NCBI GenBank assembly: GCA_905178155.1
Contig: CAJINV010000006.1
Location: 3,030,860 to 3,094,859, forward strand
Source of the DNA: Amoebophrya sp. A120
Lineage: Eukaryota > Protista > Dinoflagellata
Direction of reading: 5' to 3'
DNA length: 64,000 nucleotides
Below are positions 35,933 through 47,323 of the stretch, piece after piece. The notes beneath the pieces are model-generated. The model made no database searches and was not told the DNA's origin. It saw only the letters and a list, made by a program, of their open reading frames with translations. Each line of letters opens with the position of its first letter. Positions within the stretch are counted from its first letter, which is position 1. The translations under genes were made by a program, and so were the position numbers.

Positions 35933-38265
35933 ATGGCGCGTAACTTGGAGAAGCAAAAGCACTCCCTAAACAAGTACTGGGACCATCGAAATGCGATGGA
36001 AAAGGACGGGTACACCGGCCACTCGTGGCTGGCGTACAGTTATGACATTGCACAACTCCCCCTCGTTCTCATTTCTCATGCAAAATACCAAATCCACGCT
36101 TTGCCTCTTGTCACTATTATGCATGACAAGTTCTGGTAGCCGCCCAAATAGCACTACAATCCAGTGGAAATTTGTCATGCAAAACCGGCACTCTTGCTGA
36201 TGCTTGTATTTTTGCCGTTCATGCTATACAAATGAGGGGGAGGGGGGGGGGAGTTGTGCACTCTCATAACAGTGAGCGAAGACCCAAAATTGCGGAGTCG
36301 GTGACCACCCTGAAGGAGGCGAAAAAATGGTGGAACAACCTGAAATGGGAATTGTCCGAGAAAATCATGCGGATCCAAAACGCCACACTCCCCGAGGCCG
36401 AGATCCGCGACATGAACGACGACATCAATCGGCTGATACGGGAACGAGGTTTTTGGGTGGACGCAATACGAAATCTCGGAGGGGAGGACTTAACGGCGCA
36501 GATAAAACCAATGGAACTAGACGGGAAGGAACTCTACGCACACAGCGGGTAAACTTATTTGTTATTCACCTATTCCAGATGAGCCACGCTGTGAAGATGC
36601 TCTTGACAAAGATAAATTGCGTTTTATTCAATCGCATAGTTTTAGTTCTTTTCATCTGTGGTCCCACAGATGAAGTGAAAGTAGAGATTAGAGATACAAC
36701 ATGAGGACATCGCTTTTTCTACTGATAAGTGAAGAATTTCAGTACGTGCATTCCATTTAAGGAACAATCAGAATCAAAATCGACGTTCTTTATCAGGTAC
36801 AAATATTTCGGTGCGGCAAAGGACCTTCCCGGTGTAAGAGAATTATTCGACCAACAGATAGCCGCGGACGAAAAACGGAAAAAGAAGAAAGAGCTCTACG
36901 AAAACATCCTTCCCGATTATTTCGTATGCATTGCAAATATGTCTGGGTCTGGGAGAGTGCTGTAACTTGTCATGCTACATCTGGATCGTGGAAAATAAAA
37001 TTTGTGTTGCAGGATTACCAAAAGAGGTCCCCTTTTGAACAAGTTTAGAGGCAGTTTCTCATGCAGGAGCGGCATGATAGAGATCTCACAGAACCTGTCA
37101 TGCTAGGCCGCGCATGGCAGACCGCGTGGGTCATGGAAAACCTGCATGACAAACCTACCAGTCTTCCAGACCCAGACATTTTTGCATTTGATATTTCGGC
37201 TGGCGAGACGAAAATGATGTAGAGTTGCTTTTCGAGGAACAGGCGGCAGAAGCGGAAATAGCAGCGGACCGGCTCGAGGTATAGAGTTTGACATACTATG
37301 TTCGATGTGTTGATTGTGCATAACAAGAAACTGCAGCGGTACAACTACCTTTTCGCGTTCGAAAGCCACGATCTACGTAAAAATGGCGGTCGTATTTCCT
37401 CTGCATCATGACACGACTAACAGCATCACGCTCATGATTTTTCAACAACAAACTGCATGACAAATTTTTATGCACAACTATCTATCAGAACATGCCGGAG
37501 CAGCTTCGGAAGGCGATGGAGTTGCAGCAGCAACTGGGTTATGAACTGCAAAAGTACCGTACTCGTACAGATGCATTACAAATTTCCCCAGCATGAGAAA
37601 TAAAATTTGTCATGCGGATTTACCGTAAGAAAAAAATTTGTAATGCATGACTGCAATTACAATGAGTGCGATACTTTCGCACTTCATATGGGTGTATCGG
37701 CGAAACACGGCACCACCTCGTTCTCCAAGGCCTTGATTGAAGAGGAGGAAAGAAAAAAGATGATATGCATGGCAAATGTGTCTAGGTCTCGAAGATCGGG
37801 CGATTTTGTCATGCATCTTTTGGAGCACACAGATGCTGTGGAATGCGCGCAAATGCATTTACAAGTTCTGTTCAAGCCCCTTGATGTTGCCCGTCCTGCA
37901 TGAGTAACTCGGTATTTCTACGGAGCAAAAAGTGGACACCTTTTGGCGTTTATGCAACACAAGTTTTATTTGCGGAGTCCAGAGGACTTTGCATTACAAG
38001 TTCGGATGCTTCCAGGGGACCCAGACGTATTTGCAATGCATAGATGAAGGACGGGGAGAATTTGGACCACAACAAGAAAATTTCCTACGTCTACACGCCG
38101 ACGGACGAGGAAATTCAGCGGCTTTTAACGGAGAAGAAGCGGCAGTTGGCATTGCAAAAGGTTTCGAAATACATAACCAAAGAAGAATTAGACGACAACG
38201 AAGAAAAGCGGAAACTCGCGGGCCAGCACTACGTGGAACCCGAGAAAGCGAAACGGAACGACTAG
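35933..38265 (+). CDS. ISY1: Pre-mRNA splicing factor Isy1 (NineTeen complex)
   Basis: MARNLEK, ERRPKIA, IQNATLPEAEIRDMNDDINRLIRERGFW..IRNLGG, GYKYFGAAKDLPGVRELF, YFGWRDEND; 4 introners plus GT-AG introns 36549-36796 and 37279-37488. Confidence 0.95.
36041..36268. mobile_element. Introner family D (228 bp)
   Basis: D-type TIRs; DR acagt. Confidence 0.92.
36925..37193. mobile_element. Introner family B (269 bp)
   Basis: B-type TIRs; DR tttcg; splits the conserved YF|GWRD motif. Confidence 0.93.
37540..37688. mobile_element. Introner family A (149 bp)
   Basis: A-type TIRs; DR tgggt. Confidence 0.92.
37764..38042. mobile_element. Introner family B, diverged (279 bp)
   Basis: B-like TIRs; DR gatga. 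Confidence 0.88.
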
Positions 38266-38894
38266 ATTTTTCCGTCGTGTGCAGCTCTCTTACTACAACC
38301 GTAGTTGTCCACCTCCTTGAGGCCGCTATGAGGCTGTGCTTTTCCAAGAAGTAGAAGAACAACTTCTCTTTCTAGAGCTCAAGTGAAAGAAAGTAGTTTC
38401 ATACCTCCAGCCGCATAATGTGGCGCAGAAGTTAAAATTGATTTACAACAGCACAATCTGTTGGGCGATTCTGTGCTGTGGCACAGCAGATAAAGTCGTG
38501 CTGGTGTGTTCGTGGTCGTAGTCGTGGTGATTCAGAACGACAGATATGTCCTCGCAGGAGATGACTAGATGACACTGTCGGCGGACGCTAGTACACCTTT
38601 GCCACTGCGATTGGAAACCGTTACAACAATTGGAAAGTGCACTGACAGTTTTTTTTTCTTGCAGCTCCGGCTGCATTGTGCTGCTAGTTGTAGTAAACCC
38701 ATCACGACCTGGTGCATTTTCAGTTGTGTTATCTTCATCGTGCCTCCTGCTCTGCACTCTTGCTTTTGACACCGCGGCTCGGTGCAGCTAGTAGTGCTAA
38801 TGTTGTGACCTTGCCGTAGTTTTCCTCAGCATTTTTGCCTCGTCGGTTTTAGAAGAAATCTCCTTGAGTAGACCAAGAACACTAGAACACGAGA

Positions 38895-41147
38895 ATGACT
38901 CTTCGATCTCAAATAAAGTGCGGCTGGTGCGACAACCTGGTTGTTCCGACCTTCACAGCAAACCTGGGTGATGCAGACCAACATAAGAACTCCTCCTCAT
39001 CTGCAAGTGGTACTACGCCGCGGCCCCCGCCGGCTTCAAACTACAGCCAGGACCGGGAGTGGACTGCAGGTGGTCACGAAAGAGTACACAGTGATCACCG
39101 TCGTGATCAACAGCAGCGGGCCGGTGAGCAGCTCTACTGCGACTCTTGTTGGACGTGGTGGCGGGAGAAAAAGCGACGACAGCAGGCGGCGGTCCCGCAG
39201 CTGCGCCTCACTGTGTTGCACGACCGGACATTTCTTAGCTCGCAGAATCACCAAAAGCTCGTGCAGCAGAGGACCCCTATCGCTGACGGGGAAATCCTCT
39301 ACCTTCCCGGGTATTTTGATAGAAAAACGAGCGAAAAAGCGTGGGCAATGTTGCTGGAAGCAGCTGCAACGACGCGGCACCGTGGCGTCGAAAAAAATGA
39401 AAAATTTATACCTCCTCGTTCAGAATCAGACGACACCAGTGCTGCTAAGTCTGTGGTTACTACGGCCTGCTCTAAACCGTGTCCCCCGTGTTCTAGTGCG
39501 AGGACCACGCAGAAGTGCTTGTGTGAAAAAAACGCGGGAACAAGAACACAGAACTGCGAAGACGAAGACCAGGCGGGACACGCAGTTCTCGAGTGGAGCC
39601 AGCACCACGCTTTAGATTTGGCGAAATTCAGGTCTTCTGACGGCCACCAGCAGCAGTGTAGTTCGCAAGAAACCCAAATATCTTCAAACGCTTTCCACGC
39701 CTTTTTGTCCCAAGTTTTGAAAGACTGGGAAGAGCAATTCGATGTCACGGTGCGGATATCAAGTGCAAAAATGTCTGGGTCTGGAAGGATGCATGTTTGT
39801 CATGCACATTTTGCGTGACTCTGACTCCTGACGTCTGCGATGCATGCCCTAGCATCACAGATATTGTGAGGGCGTTCTGATGCCTATACCGCATGAGAAA
39901 TGCCCTCTGGCCGTGGGCAAAACCAAGCCTCTTTTGCTGTTCATGCAATACAGATTTTTGGATAATGCAGACGAAGCATCACAAGTTCCAATCTTCCAGA
40001 CCCAGACACTTTTACATTTGATAGCGGAAAGAGCGGGTAAATTTGTACACGGAGAGTGAGTATCCTATGCAAGAAATGTGTGCAAAAATAGAAGTGGACC
40101 AACTTGTGTTGCTTGTGTTGAATTTTTCCAGGAGATGAACTAGAGTTTGTGTTGCTTGACCGGCAACAAGAAAATCCTATAGCGAAACTTTCTCTTTGTC
40201 ATTCGCAGACGGGGTTCGCAACGCGCACTGAAGATTTATAATTGTAAGAGGAGCATGCACCAGGGGAGAATCTTGAAAACAAAATGCCATGCTCGGATGT
40301 TGCACAAGGTGAAGATCGTGTCTATCCACGACGTCGATTTAGCAACACAAATTCTACTTCCGAGACCCACAGCTTGGATTTACCCGTGGATACTGACTGG
40401 AAGCCGTTTCACCAGGACAGCCACGGGTGGCACACGGAGAAAGTAGTACGGCAGGTGCCACCAGCCCGTAGCAGCACAAGTAGAGGTCAAGACGACGATG
40501 ATGTCCAGGAGAGCGCAAGAATATCAGCCGAGCCCGGCAGTGAACATGGATACCATGTGGCACAGAGCGAGGACCACGACGACATATATTCTTCCTACTA
40601 CGACGACGTCACGATTGCCGCGAGCTTTGGAATCAGACCGCGGGATTTGGCGTTTCGGCCGATTATTTCTCCTGCCAGTTGTAGAAGGGGAGAGCACGAG
40701 CAGCATTGGAGGCACAGCTGGCGTGGAGGCAACCAACAGCACCAGGACGACTTGTTCCACTTAAGTCTCCAACAGAACGCGGGCGACGTGCTGATTTTCG
40801 ATTCCAAAGTGAACGACGTTTTTGAACACGGCGTGCCGGAAGTAGTGCTAGAAGGCGAGCGAAATGTCGTGGGCCACGCCGAGCACACGGAAGCCAAACT
40901 TCTTCCCACTCCTTCAGCTGCCGACGACGAAGTAGATGCGGATGCCTGCGAAGGGGGAGAGGGGGGAGAAGCGACGAAGACGATTTGGGGTGCTGATGTA
41001 CGTTTGCAGAAGGTGTTCGCGGATGAAATAAAACCGAGGGCGGGAACTGCGCTGCATTTTACGCGTGCGAGCATTATCGCCTGGTGCTCGCGGAACGAGA
41101 ATTATTTAGATCCGAGAAGACAAGACTGCAGATATTTGAGTCGTTGA
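38895..41147 (+). CDS. AlkB-like 2OG-Fe(II) oxygenase
   Basis: ILYLPGYF, RVNLY, PFHQD (HxD), TIAASFG..RDLAFR, GDVLIFD..VN..FEHGVP (distal His), RASII; introner 39757-40023 and intron 40056-40263. Confidence 0.82.
39757..40023. mobile_element. Introner family B (267 bp)
   Basis: B-type TIRs; DR gcgga. Confidence 0.92.
40056..40263 (+). other. GT-AG intron that looks like a decayed introner
   Basis: gtgag|TATcctatgcaagaaatg ... caccAG|gggag; relic DR gtgag/gggag; ttgtgttgc motifs; frame restored. Confidence 0.7.
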
Positions 41148-42103
41148 AGATGGGGCTACAACTAAAATCATAGCAGTGATGGCAGATGAGGCGGAGGCCT
41201 AGGGCAAGCAGTTGTCCTGCACCTGCTCTTATTGTCACTGCCTCTCTCTAATCTAAATCTTTCACCTCTTTGAATAATTCATCTCGGACCTGCTACAACA
41301 ATTCATGCCCCTCACGATGTTGTAGAAAGAATCTGAATTATCGTTCGCGAAGTACACGACCCTATCATGCCATGTAGATGCATGAGGAAAACTTTTCCTC
41401 ATGCATCCGAAAAGGATCATTTAGCACCACGGGCACGGCTGCTCGGATGAACAACGGGATTAAAAATGATAGGAAATCATGAGGGAACACGATGAATGTC
41501 AATGAATTGTCGGTCACAAGATCAACATCCTCGTGGAGGAAGAAGCTAGTAAAACTAAAAACAGCTGTCGGTCCTCAAAGCTGCAGGATCTCGATCTCCC
41601 CAACAGTCGGTAGACACAAAATCAAAACCGCCGTGTTATCATGAGCAAGATTCATATAAATTTCGCAGAAGGTCGTGGTGGTCTTCTATGCTGTCGCCAT
41701 GATGAAATGCATCTTGTCGCTAGAATCGTCATCGTGGCAAATAAGATCGATAATTTTTAAAATATTGATGACATAAAAAATTCTTGAACCGCATCAACCA
41801 CTCTGATTCTACTCTGACCAGGCCTCTGATTTTTAAAAAAATACCACCCAAGAACTCCAACCGAATTCCCCGTCTATCAACTTTTTCTTGTGATTTTTGG
41901 AAACCCTTACACGCAACCGGTGCCCTGCTAAAGACCATCCAAGTTTTGAATCCCTTTGTAGTTGTAGGCAATTGTCAACTAGCGAGTCTTTTTGAATTAT
42001 CACTTCCAGAGGTGTATTTATTTACAACATCGGTAGAAGGTAGACCACGTCCAAAGAGTTCTACATACATACACAAGGAAGTAGTCAACGCGGAAACAAA
42101 ATC

Positions 42104-42343
42104 ATGATGTCGTCTCTCCGTCGTACCATTGTGGCGTTTTCTGTCGCCTTCGTTCGTCCTACTACCATGCTCGACGGTGTGAACGGCCTGCGAGTGTTCC
42201 CGAATACTTACGGGGCCCCCGATATTTTTATGCCCGTATCCGAGTTCGCGCCGAGCACGAGCATGGACCAGCAGCGGCGTGCGGTGGGGAGCGCGGCGTC
42301 GACGCCTGCCTCGGCGCGCCGGTCGCTATCGGATGCAAATTAG
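42104..42343 (+). CDS. Possible first exon of a secreted hypothetical protein
   Basis: Signal-peptide-like start MMSSLRRTIVAFSVAFV; downstream structure unresolved. Confidence 0.3.
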   Translation: MMSSLRRTIVAFSVAFVRPTTMLDGVNGLRVFPNTYGAPDIFMPVSEFAPSTSMDQQRRAVGSAASTPASARRSLSDAN

Positions 42344-43276
42344 TGTGTCTCCGTCTGGATTTGGAACACGAATAGTGGAGGAAACTTCTGAGTTGATGAT
42401 CCTATGTGTCATCTTTCTTGGTACTGACATGAAACAAGCAACACACGAGAGAAGAAAAAACCGGGGGCATTTATTTATTGCAGCGGAAGATGATCCTGAA
42501 CGATACCGAGAGTGAAACCCAGCAGTGGCATCTCTACTTCGGGTTCTTGCATGTCTTTACCATTCTGCATGAAAATCGACCGGACGACGCTCTTTGAAAG
42601 CATTTTCAATATGCATGTTGATAAATATGAATATCACTGTCACGTTAGGCAGTGGAACAGCAAGAAGGCGACACAGGAAGATTTGCAAATCCACAAAGGC
42701 AGGCGACGACGCAGGAACACGAACAGGAGCCAAATTCTTGCCGATTTGGTCGATTGGCAGGCTGTGTGAATTTTCTTTTTCGTAGAGGCCCCAGACACGA
42801 CACAGCAGCTGCATCGCAAGCTTCTCGAACCGGAACTGCTTCTGCGGGGCCCCGGGCTTTTGGACCCGCAGCTGGCTCTGTGGTGTCGGACTCGACAAAC
42901 ATAGGCCGGCAGCCTCGCGAGCAGCCCGTGGGAAACCAATATGCATTGCAAACAGGTCGCTGGGCTCTGGAAGAGCAGTAGTATAATTCTGAAAACGACC
43001 CATGTGCACCCTTCCTGCGCGCGTGCGCGAACTCTGTATTACAGGGCGGAGGAGATTCGTGAACCCTGCAAAAGGCATTGATAAATGCATGCTGCGATGA
43101 ATGAAGCAGAGCCCGATTTTCAATAGTGCTCCTGCTTTCTGATGCGAATTAGAAAGGGCGTTTTGTCATTTTTGATAGCTTCGTGTGCGTACTGTGGTCA
43201 GTTTATCTACTCTTATGTACAACTATTCTGTTTCTTTCACCATTACAACTTCAACTTTGTTCCAGACCCAGATCGA

Positions 43277-43614
43277 TGATTGCACTGGATAGAAGCGAAA
43301 CAGCAGGCCACGCTGCTGCTGTCGGGGTTACAACTGAGAAGAAGAACAACAAGAAGAAGAACAAGAAGGGAAGAAGGCAAGAAAAAGGTACGGGTACTAT
43401 GGCCGATGTTTACTATGCTTTGGAACGGCAGGAACGGTACGAGGAGCAGCTTGCACAGCTGCAGCGTGCACGTGCGGAGTCCGCGCCGGCTGGAGATGCG
43501 AGCCTAAGCCAGGGGGAAGACACCGAAGTCCAAGGCGGCATTCAACAGCAAAGCCGAAAACATGTCATCTCTAGGCGCAGCACCATTCAGCGTCAGCGAA
43601 GCCGAAGCGTATGA
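43277..43614 (+). CDS. Small basic hypothetical protein
   Basis: Open frame with Lys-rich and coiled-coil-like stretches; no recognisable family. Confidence 0.3.
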
Positions 43615-45075
43615 CTAGAAAGGTCATCGATCATCTTCTACGGCGGGGGGCAAAACGCACAGGGTTCTATTTGCTGACTTTGCAATACAAATTTTTGTCG
43701 AGTGCCCCACCTCTAAGATGACTGCTTTATTTTGTCCACAGGTCGACAGGGGTCAAAGTCGAATCGTTTGAACATACTTGCTACACGCAATTTACACGCT
43801 GGCGCAAATTTTGTGTATGTTCGAACTTTCCGCGCGTTTTTTTTAGCATCGGCCCGTAGTTCTAGCATTAAAGCAAGCTAGCATAAGCATCTGCACAGCA
43901 TCTGAACGCCATACGAGCAGAGGCTAGAAGTCTCTGAAGTAAAGTATTGCAACCCATATATATAAGAAAAGTACAGAGGAGGCAGTTTTGCAGCGAATCG
44001 CGGAAGAGTTTTTCAGCGAATCGCTGAAGAGCAGCAACCACTGTGAAGTACTTCTCCGTACACGCAAACTCAAGCCAAATGATCAAGCACTTTCGCTGAT
44101 TTTGATGAAGTTTTACCTTCGTGAACAAGTAGAGAACGGGTTCTCCAGCATGAATTATGTCGTGCAGTATAAGTAGTGGCTTTACCTCTTTTGATGTCAA
44201 AAGTTGTACGAGGGCGCACCAGGCACTTACATACAGCAGAACGGCAACAACCATGACGACAAGGACAAGGGGGCTGCGTCGTATATACAATTCTCACTGT
44301 CTCTGTGTCTGTCTCTCGAAACCCCATTCCCACTCCGAGTAAAAACGCTTAGACATCAGAGTGCTCGATTAGAAATACAGATGATGAACGGACCACTTCC
44401 ACGAGCATACTTTCTTCACCAATAATATGCTCGAGTTTTAGGATGAAGATGATGAACTACAACATCAACCTTAAGCTTTTTGTACAATATGCTCACCTGC
44501 AAGTGCAAGCACAGGTAGCAGCATCCGCTAGAGTGCAGGATGCGCAATGAACGTGGCTGCACCAGGCTGCTCTTGATTTTTTTTTTGGTTCCATCTTGCC
44601 CTCCTTTGTTCTTGGCGCCGCACCTGTCGATGCCTCGTCAGCCGTAGGCAGATGATTTAAGTCATGTCATTTGTACGAACTTGGATTTTCATCATTTTTC
44701 GTCGCTAAGTTTTAGGAGATTTTTGCAGAGAGCCACCCTGGACTGTAGAGCAAATTTGTAATGCTGGCACTCCAAGAGACCTACACTAACACAGTTTTTT
44801 CCCTGGATACTTCTACTTTTTCATCTAAGCCTGAAGCAGACTATAGCAGTGCCCCGGATGAAGATGAACATAATTCTAACATCGCACTCCAGATTTCCGA
44901 AACCGCGGTATTGTTCCAGAAATTTCTCTTCGACTTTGTCCCTAAACTGTTTGAAAAGATCGAGACGATTGTGGAACTCGAGATTTTGTTGTTGTTCGCC
45001 CTGGGTTGGAAGATTCTGCGGCGACGGCTGAACATGACAGAAATTCGTTTTCTGCTCGGGATCGGCGTGATTAGT

Positions 45076-45204
45076 TATCCTGTGCAAAAGTATCGTACTC
45101 GTAGTAATTGCATTTATGCACTACAAATCTGCTTCTAAAGGTAAATCAGCATTGCAAACAAATGCAATTTATAATATACTAGTACGATGCTTTTGCATTT
45201 CATA
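45076..45204. mobile_element. Introner family A (129 bp), absent from the main gene copy
   Basis: DR ttagt/ttggt; empty site at 55766-55770. Confidence 0.9.
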
Positions 45205-45255
45205 TTGGTTTCTACCTGGCGATTTTTGAGCTGACGTGCCAAACCACGAGCACCC

Positions 45256-45417
45256 TATCCACTGCAAAAGTATCTGATACCCGTAAGTATAAATGCAAGT
45301 CTTGCATTACAAATCTCGTTCCCAAGGCAAATCAGCATGACAAATTGCATTTCTCATGCTGAGCAAAAATGTAATGCAATCCATACTAGAGCGACACTTT
45401 TCCTTTTGCAGTTCATA
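45256..45417. mobile_element. Introner family A, shared with 56086-56240
   Basis: DR caccc/cacct in both copies. Confidence 0.9.
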
Positions 45418-45518
45418 CACCTGCTCGGGCTACAAGCTGTCGCGGGACATTCTGCACAGCCTCGCTTTTTTGGTGATCATCGTGGCGGTAAACTTCAACC
45501 TGCACTCGCTGGGGATTC

Positions 45519-45639
45519 TATCAAATGCAAAAATGTCTGGGTCTGGAAAGCTGTGATGCTGAGTTGTGCATGATTGAAGCGCGTTCAAAGGCAGCCAAGC
45601 ATGACAAGTTCTTCAGACGCCTGCTGATGCCTAGCACGC
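45519..45639. mobile_element. Introner family B, left part (shared with 56342), cut by the gap
   Basis: Matches the start of 56342-56593. Confidence 0.85.
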
Positions 45640-45739
45640 NNNNNNNNNNNNNNNNNNNNNNNNNNNNNNNNNNNNNNNNNNNNNNNNNNNNNNNNNNNNN
45701 NNNNNNNNNNNNNNNNNNNNNNNNNNNNNNNNNNNNNNN
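45640..45739. other. Assembly gap (100 N)
   Basis: Run of N. Confidence 1.
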
Positions 45740-46330
45740 AATTCATGTGCCTACTGTAGTACTGCTTGGGCTTCCGAAATTTGTTATGCAAACCTTGGCA
45801 CAGGGAAGCGACTGGATTTGGGATTTTGCATGACAAAAGAGGGGGAGGGGGAGTTGTGCAATTTCATACTACCTCAACGTGGTTCACTACGAATACTTGG
45901 AGCAAGACTTTGTGAAGACGCAGGCGGAGCTATCCAAGAAAAAAAGTGTGGTAGTGTAAGTTTCTTGGAGGAATAGCATCACAAGTTTGCTCTGCAGGAC
46001 ACAGAAATAAACCTGTTATGCGTGGCTACGACTTGAGAACACGTACGAAAATAGCCTCTGATTCATGTCCAGCATGACAAGTGAAACAGTTTTGCATTCG
46101 CTGCAACACAAAGGCACACTTAGACAGTTTTTTTCTTGGATAGGAGCTGGCCCGAGACCAGGAGCGCAACAGTGCGGACGGACGCATCCCACTGGTTCAT
46201 TTGACAAGCAAGGACGAACGAAAAGCTATCAAAGTGAAAAATCCCCACTCCCCATATCAAAATCGAAATCTGTGATGCGGGATTTATGTGCACAAATCCA
46301 ATCTGTCTAGCAGTAGAGGACTGCAGGCTT
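45740..46330 (+). pseudogene. Second fragment of the duplicate 7-TM gene (matches ~54409-55084) with D (right end 45868), C (45931-46142) and truncated I (from 46227) elements
   Basis: Exon text YLNVVHYEYLEQDFVKTQAELARDQER; DRs ctacc, ggagc, aaagc. Confidence 0.85.
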
Positions 46331-46400
46331 CAGGAATGCGCAATGAACGTGGCTGCACCAGGCTGCTCGAAGTGACGAGTCTGCCACCACCGAAATGATC

Positions 46401-46609
46401 TATGCAAGAAAAAAGCTGTGTAAGTGTAAATTTGTGTTGCAGAACATGCAACAGCGTTACACCTGTCATGCCAGACAGCCACGAAGTCCTCTTTTCAACT
46501 GTGTTTTCCTTTACAAGCCACGCATGACAGGTTTCCTCTGTCATGTAGAGCAAATTTGTGATGCTGTTTCTCCAAGAAAGTTACACTTACACACTTTTTT
46601 TCCTGGAAA
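46401..46609. mobile_element. Family C element (209 bp), ends AAA, non-coding context
   Basis: C-type TIRs; DR tgatc. Confidence 0.9.
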
Positions 46610-47323
46610 TGATCAGAGCAGGATGCGCAATGAACGTGGCTGCACCAGGCTGCTCGAAGTGACGAGTCTGCCACCACCGCCATTGACGAAAGACCGTAGT
46701 ATAGTAAATCAATCAACACGACGCTACTACTAGTAGCGAAGACGCATTTTTGATGCTGCCACCAGGAACATTGTTGAAACAGAGACAGAGCCCGCCGGTG
46801 CGCTTAATAAAGTAAGTCGCCCCCCCAGGCCCAGCTATGGGTGTAAGTAGTTGTTCTAGGCACGACCTACAGGATCCTTGTTTACCTGTTGCGATGTTCG
46901 TCCGAATCACGAATACAGAAGGTCCTCCCCACGCTTTCTTTTGCGCGTTCGTAAATCGTTGAGTGGATAATTGCTTTCCCGGGGACACCAGGATCAAATT
47001 CGATTGAGTTTCGCAAAGCCCTTGTCGGGCTTCGCTGCTTTTGCTTCTTTCTGATGGAAAATTTATTACAGTGGCCCTGCTTTTTTCACTGCCTCTCTTC
47101 GTCTTTAATCTTTCACCTCTTTAATCTTTCACCTGTTGAATGTTTTCAGTTTCACAAGCATTTACGAGAATTAGGCTAACTTAATATTTTGTTCTTCTGG
47201 ACGAGATGAAGTGCAGCTGCGGGTACTAGCTAAGAGTACTTAGGAGCGCCATTTACGACCACGACGCGAAAATATTTGATATTTAAAAGCGCTTTACAAA
47301 TCAAGCAATAGACCACGATCGGG

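Larger units (their letters stand above)
44744..45639 (+). pseudogene. Partial second copy (allele or paralog) of the 7-TM gene, matching ~55241-56460
   Basis: Near-identical exons (ISETAVLFQKFLFDFVPKLFEK...), mostly synonymous changes, different introner content; starts in the right half of a C element (44744-44809). Confidence 0.85.
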
